Of a DNA stretch of 64,000 nucleotides, positions 27,681 through 35,930 are shown in pieces (positions within the stretch are counted from its first letter, which is position 1; each line of letters opens with the position of its first letter). The notes beneath the pieces are model-generated. The model had not been told where the DNA came from, searched no databases, and saw nothing but the letters and a program-made list of their open reading frames with translations. Both the position numbers and the translations under genes were made by a program. The stretch is from contig JBDRVE010000003.1 in the NCBI GenBank assembly GCA_039801725.1, positions 9,418 through 73,417 on the forward strand, given 5' to 3'. This stretch comes from a candidate division WOR-3 bacterium. GTDB lineage: Bacteria; Hydrothermota; Tepidihabitantia; Tepidihabitantales; DTDR01.

Positions 27681-30048
27681 CTTCTAAAGGTGTTATTAAT
27701 TTATCATTTTTTATCAGATAATGTTCTACTCTTTTAATGGATAATAATTTTATTGTCTCCTCTTCTAAACCCAAGATTTTACTAAGAGTAGGGTAAAGCT
27801 TTACTCCTGGTTGGAAAGGTAAAAGGATTTCTAAAATGTTGTCAGAAATTTTAACAGAGTAATAAGAAGAATTAACTAAATTTATATTTTTTTTAATCGA
27901 TTCTGGTAAGATAATTTGATATTTTAAAAATTTGATTGACTTCCCCAAACTGGGAGTCTCTTTTTTTATTTCTTTGAAATCAATAACTATTAAATCTTTT
28001 GGCATATAACTACCTAAATCTTTTATTAAATTACCATTATAATCAATTTTTAGAAAAATGTCAAAATATTCGCCTTCCGAAATTACCCCTACTGGGAGAG
28101 GCGGACCAAAGGAAACTAAATATCGTGGAGAAAAACCCGATGAAGAAAGTACGGGCAAACAAGCTCTTCTTATTGTCCGATAGATTGCACGAACAATATC
28201 TAAATGAGAAGCAAAACGGAAGTTTTCTTCTACTTTAAATTTTACTCGGAACCTTTTGTAAATAGAAAGGGAAGAAGGTGGTTTTAAAAAAGTTGAAAAT
28301 TCTTTGGATAAAATGGTTTCTTTTTTGGTAATTTTGAAAGAACAAAATTCTGTTTTTTCTTGATAAGATAGGGCTTTTTGATAACTCTCAATAAAAAAAT
28401 TCTTGGATAAACCAATATCAATGAATTCCCAAGGTAAGGGTTCATTGGGTTTTCTTTCTTTGAGATAATTTTCTTTATCAATTTGATTTTTGGAAAAACT
28501 ATCTATCCACAATTGATATTTAAAATATTCTGTCCAATCTTGAAAAAATCCTTGGTTCTTAAAAATGTCTTCGATAACGAAGGATACTTTCTCGTCTCCT
28601 CTTGCTAAAACTGCTTGAATTTCGGATTGTTCAAAATTTTCATATCTTATTCGAACGTTTTTGGATTTTACTAAACTTTTTAAAATTTTAATTTTTTCTG
28701 AAAGTAAACCTTTATCTTCAAAACCACAGAATTGAAAAGGAGTATGAGGTTTAGGAATAAAAGGAGAAATAGAGATTCGTAACTCCTTATTTCTAGCAAT
28801 TTTTCCTAAAAAATTTAAGAAATAAGCAATTTCTTTTATATCTTCTTCTTTTTCTGTAGGTAGGCCAATCATAAAATAAAATTTGATTCCTTGCCAATTA
28901 TTTTTTATCAAAGTCTCAGTTGCTTGAATAATCTTTTCGTTAGAAATTTCTTTGTTGATGACCTTTTTTAAACGAGAAGAAATTGTTTCCGGAGCGAAAG
29001 TAATTCCGGATTTTTTAATAAATTTTAGCTGGTTAATAATTTCTTCGTTGAAATCTTCGCCCCGAAGGGAAGGAAGGGAAAGGGCAACTAAATAAGGATG
29101 TAAAATTTCATTTAAAGAACTTAAAAGAAAAGCTAAATTAGGATAATCACCAGCCGAAAAAGAGAGTAAAGAAATTTCTTCGTAACCGGTAGCTTTTATT
29201 GCCTTTAAAGCTAATTTTTTAATTTCTTCAATTGGTCGAATTCTTACTGGTCGATTAACAAATCCTGCTTGGCAAAAGCGACATCCTCGACCACAACCGC
29301 GAGAGATTTCAATTGTTAAATGATCGTGAACAATTTCGCAAATTGGTACTAAAGGAGGAAAAGGGAAATCTTCTTCTTTTAATTCTTTTATGTATCTTCT
29401 TTTTATCACTTTTTCTTTTTTATGAATTAATGGTACATAAACACCTTCTAAATTTGCCCAATTTTCTAATATTTCTTTTTTGTTATTTTTAAAGGTCCGA
29501 TAAATTTCTACCATTTCTAAGATTACCTCTTCTCCGTCACCGATAACGAAGGCATCAATAAAAGGTGTCATTGGTAATGGATTTACAGTACATGGCCCGC
29601 CAGCAATAATTAATGGTGAATTAGTATCGAGACGTTCTTCTGTACGCAGTGGTATTTTACCCAAAGATAAGCAATATAATACGTTAGGATAATTTAATTC
29701 TGATTGTAAAGAAAATCCGATAATATCAAATTTAAAAAGAGGTAATTTGTTTTCTAATGAAAAAAGAGGAATATCATGTTTTTTTAATTTTTCTCCAAAA
29801 TCTAAAGCCGGAGCATAACTTCGTTCACAGATAGTGTTTTTGTGATAATTTAGTTTGGAATAAAGAATTTTTAACCCATAATTCGACATTCCAATTTCAT
29901 AAATTTCTGGAAAAACTAAACAAACTTTAACAGTATCTTTTTTTATTGAAAGAGGAAAAAGATTGTATTCGCCTCCAGTATATCTAATAGGTTTAGTAAC
30001 TAAGGGTAAAAGATTTAAAATTTTTTTATCATTCTTATTCACCTTCAA
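27673..30048 (-). CDS. radical SAM protein fused to a DUF2344-like (radical-SAM-linked) C-terminal domain
   Basis: 791 aa. CX3CX2C motif SRGCGRGCRFCQAG. The architecture and position just upstream of an RNase E/G gene match the TIGR03960 + TIGR03936 pairing as I recall it. Confidence 0.75.
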   Translation of the reverse strand: MKVNKNDKKILNLLPLVTKPIRYTGGEYNLFPLSIKKDTVKVCLVFPEIYEIGMSNYGLKILYSKLNYHKNTICERSYAPALDFGEKLKKHDIPLFSLENKLPLFKFDIIGFSLQSELNYPNVLYCLSLGKIPLRTEERLDTNSPLIIAGGPCTVNPLPMTPFIDAFVIGDGEEVILEMVEIYRTFKNNKKEILENWANLEGVYVPLIHKKEKVIKRRYIKELKEEDFPFPPLVPICEIVHDHLTIEISRGCGRGCRFCQAGFVNRPVRIRPIEEIKKLALKAIKATGYEEISLLSFSAGDYPNLAFLLSSLNEILHPYLVALSLPSLRGEDFNEEIINQLKFIKKSGITFAPETISSRLKKVINKEISNEKIIQATETLIKNNWQGIKFYFMIGLPTEKEEDIKEIAYFLNFLGKIARNKELRISISPFIPKPHTPFQFCGFEDKGLLSEKIKILKSLVKSKNVRIRYENFEQSEIQAVLARGDEKVSFVIEDIFKNQGFFQDWTEYFKYQLWIDSFSKNQIDKENYLKERKPNEPLPWEFIDIGLSKNFFIESYQKALSYQEKTEFCSFKITKKETILSKEFSTFLKPPSSLSIYKRFRVKFKVEENFRFASHLDIVRAIYRTIRRACLPVLSSSGFSPRYLVSFGPPLPVGVISEGEYFDIFLKIDYNGNLIKDLGSYMPKDLIVIDFKEIKKETPSLGKSIKFLKYQIILPESIKKNINLVNSSYYSVKISDNILEILLPFQPGVKLYPTLSKILGLEEETIKLLSIKRVEHYLIKNDKLITPLEDD

Positions 30049-30379
30049 TACTTTCTAAATAATAATCATCTCCTTTTTTAAAAAGAATTTTTGGAGAAGA
30101 ACATTTAGGACAGATATAAAGGAATTTTAAATTTGCTTCACCGTAATAACCACAATTTTTGCATTCAATTTCCGGTTTTTCTTCTGACACAGCTACTTGG
30201 CTGGTTTTTGCGAGAGTATCCTTTAATCCTTCTTTTAACCAGAAAACAAACTGTTCTTTATTAATTAACGTTAAACTACCAATTTTTATATTTATTTTAT
30301 AAATTTTTTTAATCTGATACTTTTTACATACCTGATGAATTACTCTAATGAGTTGTTGGGCACAAGCAAATTCATGCAT
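30035..30379 (-). CDS. hypA: hydrogenase nickel incorporation protein HypA
   Basis: 114 aa. Begins MHEF (Ni-binding MHE motif) and has two CxxC pairs (CKNCGY, CPKCSS). Confidence 0.8.
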   Translation of the reverse strand: MHEFACAQQLIRVIHQVCKKYQIKKIYKINIKIGSLTLINKEQFVFWLKEGLKDTLAKTSQVAVSEEKPEIECKNCGYYGEANLKFLYICPKCSSPKILFKKGDDYYLESIEGE

Positions 30380-31043
30380 TTTTTAAAAATTTTACTATTT
30401 TCTCTATACCTTTACCCTTTTTAGCAATTGTTCCTATAACCGGAACTGAAGGTTTAATTTTCTTTATATCTTTCTTAAATTTATTTAAAGAAACCCCCAT
30501 TTTTTTCGCTAAATCAATTTTATTAATCACAACCATATCGGCTTCTTTAAAAATGTAGGGATGTTTAACAACCGTGTAAGGGCCTTCGGTACAAGAAAAA
30601 ACTACTATTCGATAATGAGCACCAAGAGGAAATTCTGCCGGACAGATTAGATTGCCAACATTCTCAATAAAAAGAAGATTGATATCTTTTAAAGGTAAAT
30701 TTTTTATTGCTTCATTTACTAATTGAGCATCTAAATGACATTCCTTACCAGTGTTTATTTGGATTACTTTAGCACCATTTTTTCTAATTAAATCAGCATC
30801 GATTTTCGTAGTTAAATCTCCAGCAATTACAGCAATATTATATTCTTTTTTTAATTTTTTAACAACTTGACAAATCAAAGTTGTCTTCCCGCTGCCGATA
30901 GAACCAAGAATATCAATGGCCTTTATTCCGTATTGATTAAAGATCTTTTTATTTTCCTCGGCGATCTCCTTGTTTTTTCTTAACAGACTTTCTTCTAATT
31001 CAATATCTAAAATTTCACCATCTTTTGGTTTGATAATTTTCAT
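30372..31043 (-). CDS. hypB: hydrogenase nickel incorporation GTPase HypB
   Basis: 223 aa. P-loop GSIGSGKTTL, CH motif (GKECHLDA) and NKIDL G4 motif. Overlaps hypA. Confidence 0.85.
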   Translation of the reverse strand: MKIIKPKDGEILDIELEESLLRKNKEIAEENKKIFNQYGIKAIDILGSIGSGKTTLICQVVKKLKKEYNIAVIAGDLTTKIDADLIRKNGAKVIQINTGKECHLDAQLVNEAIKNLPLKDINLLFIENVGNLICPAEFPLGAHYRIVVFSCTEGPYTVVKHPYIFKEADMVVINKIDLAKKMGVSLNKFKKDIKKIKPSVPVIGTIAKKGKGIEKIVKFLKNA

Positions 31044-31049
31044 AATTAA

Positions 31050-31077
31050 ATTTTAATAATAAATTGACTTTTTTCAA
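31050..31077 (-). promoter_or_regulatory. sigma70-type promoter of the hypB operon
   Basis: Minus strand TTGAAA (31077-31072), N16, TAAAAT (31055-31050), then 6 nt to the ATG at 31043. Confidence 0.5.
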
Positions 31078-31092
31078 TGATGAAATTATAAT
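31064..31092 (+). promoter_or_regulatory. sigma70-type promoter of nnr
   Basis: TTGACT (31064-31069), N17, TATAAT (31087-31092), then 6 nt to the ATG at 31099. Confidence 0.55.
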
Positions 31093-31098
31093 TGGTAA

Positions 31099-32673
31099 AT
31101 GAAGCGAGTAGTAAATCAAAAAGAAATGTCAGAAATTGATCGAGAATCAGCTGAGAAATGGAATATTCCTACTATTATTCTGATGGAAAATGCAGGACGA
31201 AGTGTTGTTGAATATCTAGAAAAAATCTATAATATTTCTGAAAAAGATTTTCCTAATAAAAGTTTTCTTATCTTCTGTGGGAAAGGAAATAATGGTGGCG
31301 ATGGGTTTGTTTGTGCTCGGTTTTTACTAAATAAGGGAGCGGAAGTTAAGGTTATTTTGTTGGGAAAGTTTAATGAATTAAAAGGAGATGCGCGGATAAA
31401 TGCTGAAAGATATAAAAATATGGGTGGCGAGATAATTGAAACGGAAGACGAAACTTTTTCTTTTAGTAATCTCTTACAAGATAGTAAAAAAGAGATTTAT
31501 ATAATTGATGCCATTTTTGGCACCGGTTTTAAAGGAGAGGTATCGGGGATATATAAAAGGGCGATTGAGTTTATTAATCAAAAAAGTTGGCCAATAATCG
31601 CTGTTGATGTTCCTTCGGGAGTAATGGATAATGGTAAAGTGGCCAATCTTTGTGTAAAGGCAGATATTACGGTAACTATGGGTTTTATGAAAAGAACTTT
31701 GGTCTTACCACCGGCGAGAGATTTTGCCGGAAAAATATTTGTTGGTGATATTGGGACTTTTTATGAATATTTTAATAATCAGGGCAATACCTATTTAGTA
31801 GAAGAAAGAGATATAAAAAAAATTTTACCAGTAAGAGTAAGTTGGGGACATAAAGGAACATTTGGAATGTGTTTGGTAATTTCTGGTTCTCGCGGATATA
31901 GCGGAGCCGCTTGTCTGACAGCTTTGGGAGCTTTAAAAATCGGTTCGGGTTTAGTGTATCTAGCCACACCAAACACAATTATTGATGTTGTTGAAGCAAA
32001 ACTTACAGAAGTAGTAAAAGTTTCGTTAGATTGGGAAGATGGTTATTCGTTGACTAATTTAGAAAAGATTAGCAATTTGCTTAGCAAGATAGATGCAGTA
32101 GCAATTGGCCCAGGCATAGGTACTGCTGAAAAAACAAAAATATTTGTGAAAGAAATTCTCGCTCTTATAAGCCAAAGAAAAATTCCCATAGTTGTTGATG
32201 CTGACGGTATCAATTGTTTGGGTGAAAAAGTGGATTTATTAAAAGATTTAACAAAAAATACCGACATAATTTTAACTCCCCATCCTGGTGAGTTGAGTCG
32301 GTTAATTAAAATTTCTCCCGACAAGATTAATGAGGATAGAATAGAAATTGCTCGTTCTTTTAGCCAGGAATATAATGTTTATTTGGTTTTAAAAGGTTCA
32401 CCAACAGTAATTGGAACTCCCCAAGGGATTGTTTATATCAATTCTACTGGAAATTCAGGATTAGCAAGTGGTGGTACAGGAGATGTTTTAACCGGTTTTA
32501 TTACTGGTTTATTAGCTCAAAAATTAACGGCAGAAAAAGCCGCCATCACAGGTGTTTATCTTCACGGATTGGCCGCTGACGTAGCTTTGGAAGACCGAAG
32601 CGAATACGATTTTATCGCTTCTGATATCTTGCTTTATCTTCCCAAGGCGATAAAGAAAATTTTGGATGGTTAA
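31099..32673 (+). CDS. nnr: bifunctional NAD(P)H-hydrate epimerase / ADP-dependent dehydratase
   Basis: 524 aa. YjeF-N half (GKGNNGGDGFV) and YjeF-C carbohydrate-kinase half (GGTGDVLTG). Confidence 0.9.
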   Translation: MKRVVNQKEMSEIDRESAEKWNIPTIILMENAGRSVVEYLEKIYNISEKDFPNKSFLIFCGKGNNGGDGFVCARFLLNKGAEVKVILLGKFNELKGDARINAERYKNMGGEIIETEDETFSFSNLLQDSKKEIYIIDAIFGTGFKGEVSGIYKRAIEFINQKSWPIIAVDVPSGVMDNGKVANLCVKADITVTMGFMKRTLVLPPARDFAGKIFVGDIGTFYEYFNNQGNTYLVEERDIKKILPVRVSWGHKGTFGMCLVISGSRGYSGAACLTALGALKIGSGLVYLATPNTIIDVVEAKLTEVVKVSLDWEDGYSLTNLEKISNLLSKIDAVAIGPGIGTAEKTKIFVKEILALISQRKIPIVVDADGINCLGEKVDLLKDLTKNTDIILTPHPGELSRLIKISPDKINEDRIEIARSFSQEYNVYLVLKGSPTVIGTPQGIVYINSTGNSGLASGGTGDVLTGFITGLLAQKLTAEKAAITGVYLHGLAADVALEDRSEYDFIASDILLYLPKAIKKILDG

Positions 32674-34084
32674 TTTCTTTTTATTTTTAATTTTGACAAT
32701 TTATAATGAAAAATTATGGACAAATTATTTAGCCTTTGATACCGTTTTAACCATCACCGGCGATGAAAAAACAGTGTATGTGGGGGTAACCAATGGCATT
32801 TTATTATTTGATACTCAAAAAATAAAATACTTAAAAACATTGACAAAATTTGACGGAATCTTAGAAAATTTAAAATTAGTGGCCTATGACCGAGAAATAA
32901 ACTCTCTCTGGTTAATAGATAATAATGCGAATTTAATGAATTATCATCCTTTTACTAAAAAAAGAGAAATTTTTAAATTAACCATAATACCAAAAGCGAT
33001 CGGTGTTGGTAAACAATTTTTGTATTTTATTACCGATGATGCTAATTATTGTTGGGATAAAAAAAAGAAAAAATTATTTAAAATTGAAAAAATAAAAGAT
33101 ACCACTCTTTTTTGGTATGGCGAAAGGAAAAGGTATTTGCCTCAAGATTTTTCTTTTCTTACTCCTTATTATTATGTGGATAAAAATTTAAATAAGTACT
33201 TTTATAAGGAAGTTTTTTTAATAAAGAGGAATTTATGGGTAAGTGCGGATGGTTATGGAATTTTAGTTTTTGATATTGTAACTAAAAATTTGATAAAAGT
33301 TTTTCCTTTTAATAATAATTTAAGCAAAATAAAAAAAATCTTAAAATTGGAAGAAAATATTTGGTTATTGGGTGACGATTTTTTTATAAAAACGGCTAAC
33401 GAAATATCTGAATGGCGTTTTTTTATTCTTCAATATAATAAATTTTATAACGAAGAGAAACCCTTGTTAAAAGATAAATTCTTAGAAATATTTTTTAAAA
33501 GACCTTTTGTCAAGTTTGCTGGTTTAGAAAATTCTTTTGCTTGTGCTTGGGAAAATAATATTTATCTTTTTTTGGAGACTTATTTTGAACCAATAAAAGT
33601 TGAAGTCCCTTGTTGGGTAGAAAACTTGTATCTTTTGAAAGATACTTTAATAATTTTAACCAATGAAGGTGTCTATCTGTTTGATTATCAAAATGGTAGG
33701 TTTTTGAATTGGATTAATCAACCGCCGGAAATGAAATTTGGTGTTTTTTCTTTTTTGCCGATAAAAAGAGATTGGTATTTTGGAATTCGGGGCGGATTGT
33801 TAATATATAGTAATCAGCAATGGGAAAAAATTATTATTCCTGGTGGAGATTTATCAATACCGGTAAGGGAATTAACTAATTTCGACAACTATTTAATAAT
33901 GAATGTTAATAATCAAATCATTTTTTTTGATACTAAGAAAAAATTATTTCAATATTTAATAAAAGAAGATGGTTTAATTGGTGAAAATATCTATTCTTTA
34001 AAAGTGGATAATAATAAATTATGGATTGCCCACGAAAAAGGGATTTCTCTTTATGATTTGAGTTTACAAAAGAGAAAAGATTAA
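32666..34084 (+). CDS. hypothetical membrane-anchored repeat (beta-propeller-like) protein
   Basis: 472 aa. N-terminal hydrophobic segment and recurring W/Y-rich blade-like segments (LWLIDNN, LWVSADGYGILVFD, LWIAHEKGISLYD). No enzyme motif seen. Confidence 0.45.
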   Translation: MVNFFLFLILTIYNEKLWTNYLAFDTVLTITGDEKTVYVGVTNGILLFDTQKIKYLKTLTKFDGILENLKLVAYDREINSLWLIDNNANLMNYHPFTKKREIFKLTIIPKAIGVGKQFLYFITDDANYCWDKKKKKLFKIEKIKDTTLFWYGERKRYLPQDFSFLTPYYYVDKNLNKYFYKEVFLIKRNLWVSADGYGILVFDIVTKNLIKVFPFNNNLSKIKKILKLEENIWLLGDDFFIKTANEISEWRFFILQYNKFYNEEKPLLKDKFLEIFFKRPFVKFAGLENSFACAWENNIYLFLETYFEPIKVEVPCWVENLYLLKDTLIILTNEGVYLFDYQNGRFLNWINQPPEMKFGVFSFLPIKRDWYFGIRGGLLIYSNQQWEKIIIPGGDLSIPVRELTNFDNYLIMNVNNQIIFFDTKKKLFQYLIKEDGLIGENIYSLKVDNNKLWIAHEKGISLYDLSLQKRKD

Positions 34085-35128
34085 ATGGGAAAAAAAATAT
34101 TTCTTCCCTCTTTAATAATCTTTCTTCTAATGTTGTGTTTGCTTATTCTATATCAAAAAAATAATAAAATTCTGCCAATAAGAAATCCCCAATATCATTC
34201 TACTTTAAAAAACAAAGTAAATATTCTTTTGATAGCAAAAGATGCATTAATAATTAGCAAGAAAAAATTACCTAATGGCAAGGAGGAGTTAATATTGGAA
34301 AAGAGAGCTCGAAGTGATGTTATAAATATTGTTCATATCAATTTTGATAAAGGAAAAGTTAAGATTCTCAATATTCCTCGGGATATGTTGGTTAGCATTC
34401 CTAATTATACTAAGGAAAAATCTAATAAAGATTTTAATAATTTGGATAAGATAAATCACAGTTATTTTTATGGTGGAGAGTTTTTATTAATTAAAACAAT
34501 AAAGAAAAATTTTAACATTGAGATTGATCGATATTTAACTGTTGATTTTGTCAGATTTCAGAAATTGGTCAATCTTTTGAAACCTTTTGTAAAAGTTTTT
34601 CGGGTAAGAAATGTAGAAGTTAATAATCCAGCAGATCTTCAAGAACTTCTAAAAAATCGTTATCGTTATCCCCATGATGATATTGACCGAAGTAGAAATT
34701 CATTATTTTTTATCAAATATATTAGTGAAAAGATTTATCCCCAAATAAATCTTTTAAATCTTGCGATTTTTAAGAAAATTTTTTGGGAAGTTTTTGAAGG
34801 AGCAACCGATTTGACGGATGATGACCTCACTAAAATTTTTGTTGAATTAAAAGAAAAAAATTTTGACCCTAAAAATATAGAATTGGGAGTAATGATTGGT
34901 TATCAAGCATATGTGTATTTAAATCGTTTTTCCAAAAATCTTTCTTGTTATTTGCCCATCTATGAGGAAATTGAAAAACAGATAGAATATTTTATCTATG
35001 ATTCAACAAAGGTATCCCCTAAATTTTATCTAGACGACCGTGAGAAATTTTTTATCCCTGAATATGTTAAAAAAGATTATACTTTTCCCTTAGACACAAT
35101 TAATCTAAAAATAGAGATTTCTAAATAA
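34085..35128 (+). CDS. LytR-CpsA-Psr (LCP) family protein
   Basis: N-terminal TM, then RSDVINIVHINFDKGKVKILNIPRDMLVSIP, the characteristic LCP R-x-D...SIPRD region. Confidence 0.7.
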   Translation: MGKKIFLPSLIIFLLMLCLLILYQKNNKILPIRNPQYHSTLKNKVNILLIAKDALIISKKKLPNGKEELILEKRARSDVINIVHINFDKGKVKILNIPRDMLVSIPNYTKEKSNKDFNNLDKINHSYFYGGEFLLIKTIKKNFNIEIDRYLTVDFVRFQKLVNLLKPFVKVFRVRNVEVNNPADLQELLKNRYRYPHDDIDRSRNSLFFIKYISEKIYPQINLLNLAIFKKIFWEVFEGATDLTDDDLTKIFVELKEKNFDPKNIELGVMIGYQAYVYLNRFSKNLSCYLPIYEEIEKQIEYFIYDSTKVSPKFYLDDREKFFIPEYVKKDYTFPLDTINLKIEISK

Positions 35129-35283
35129 TTTCGATGTTGCTTCTTTTTTATCGATGATAAACATTTTGTGTGTAGGAAGTAGGGATAAAAGGTCTAAGAT
35201 GATTTTAAAGATAAATATTCGAAATTTAAATGAGTTATTAAGAAAATTCTGCTTAAAAATTGGGCCTCGGAATGTTCTCCTTT

Positions 35284-35299
35284 TTGAGATATATCTCAA
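35284..35299. repeat. perfect 16-bp palindrome TTGAGATATATCTCAA
   Basis: Read directly. Lies about 155 nt past the LCP stop, inside the 802-bp spacer. Confidence 0.8.
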
Positions 35300-35470
35300 T
35301 TTAATCATGGGTATGATTATTTTAAAAACTTATAATCTTTATAAAATTAGCAAACCTATTCATAATATTTCTCTCTATAATTATGATATTTTGGTTTTAA
35401 TTATAATACAAAGATAATGATAAAAAATTGTCTTGTTTTTAAAACATTAGTTTAAAAAGATTTTTTTAAG

Positions 35471-35569
35471 CAAGGAAAAGAAAAAGTAATGTAGAGGGAT
35501 ACATATGGGATAGGTTTTAAAATGATTTAAAAAATAATTTTCAGTGAAATTTTTCAATAATCTTCAAAA
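35471..35569 (+). repeat. spacer repeat family, copy C (AGAGGGATACATATGGGATAGG core, then AATCTTCAAAA)
   Basis: Core at 35493-35514. AATCTTCAAAA at 35559. A second weaker purine module TAGGAAGTAGGGATAAAAGG lies at 35173-35192. Confidence 0.5.
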
Positions 35570-35896
35570 TCTGATAAATAGCAATTTTCAAATCATTCTG
35601 GTTGGTAATTCGGTAATAATCTAGTGGATTAATTTTTAACCAATAAGCTCAAAAGTTCTTTTTATAATATTCCCAAAATAAAAAATTAATTGAAAAATCT
35701 TATAAAATATCGCTTATCCTACAGATATTTGCTAAACAGTATTTTTAATACGGTATATTAGTGTAAAAATCTTATTAGTCTTCTTTTGTATTTTAAATCT
35801 CCAAAGTTTTTAAAAACTTGTTAAATAATCTTTAAACTCTTCTTTCCTTTAGTATTTTCTAACAAGTTGGTGTTGCTATTTTGATTATAATTTTTA

Positions 35897-35924
35897 TTGA
35901 CAATAAAAAATTGATTATTATAAT
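35897..35924 (+). promoter_or_regulatory. sigma70-type promoter of the thrS-infC-rpmI-rplT-pheS operon
   Basis: TTGACA (35897-35902), N16, TATAAT (35919-35924), then 6 nt to the GTG at 35931. Confidence 0.55.
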
Positions 35925-35930
35925 AATAAT

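Noticed and set aside
35105-35417. Two overlapping ORFs from the track (87 aa +, 67 aa -) in the thrS upstream spacer
   Set aside because: They are mutually exclusive and have no SD or promoter geometry. Composition is AT-driven I/K/N/L/F, and one overlaps the LCP gene end. Treated as noise.
35129-35930. T-box or other leader RNA for thrS
   Set aside because: The promoter is 6 nt from the start codon. No T-box-like conserved sequence or terminator/antiterminator pair was seen.
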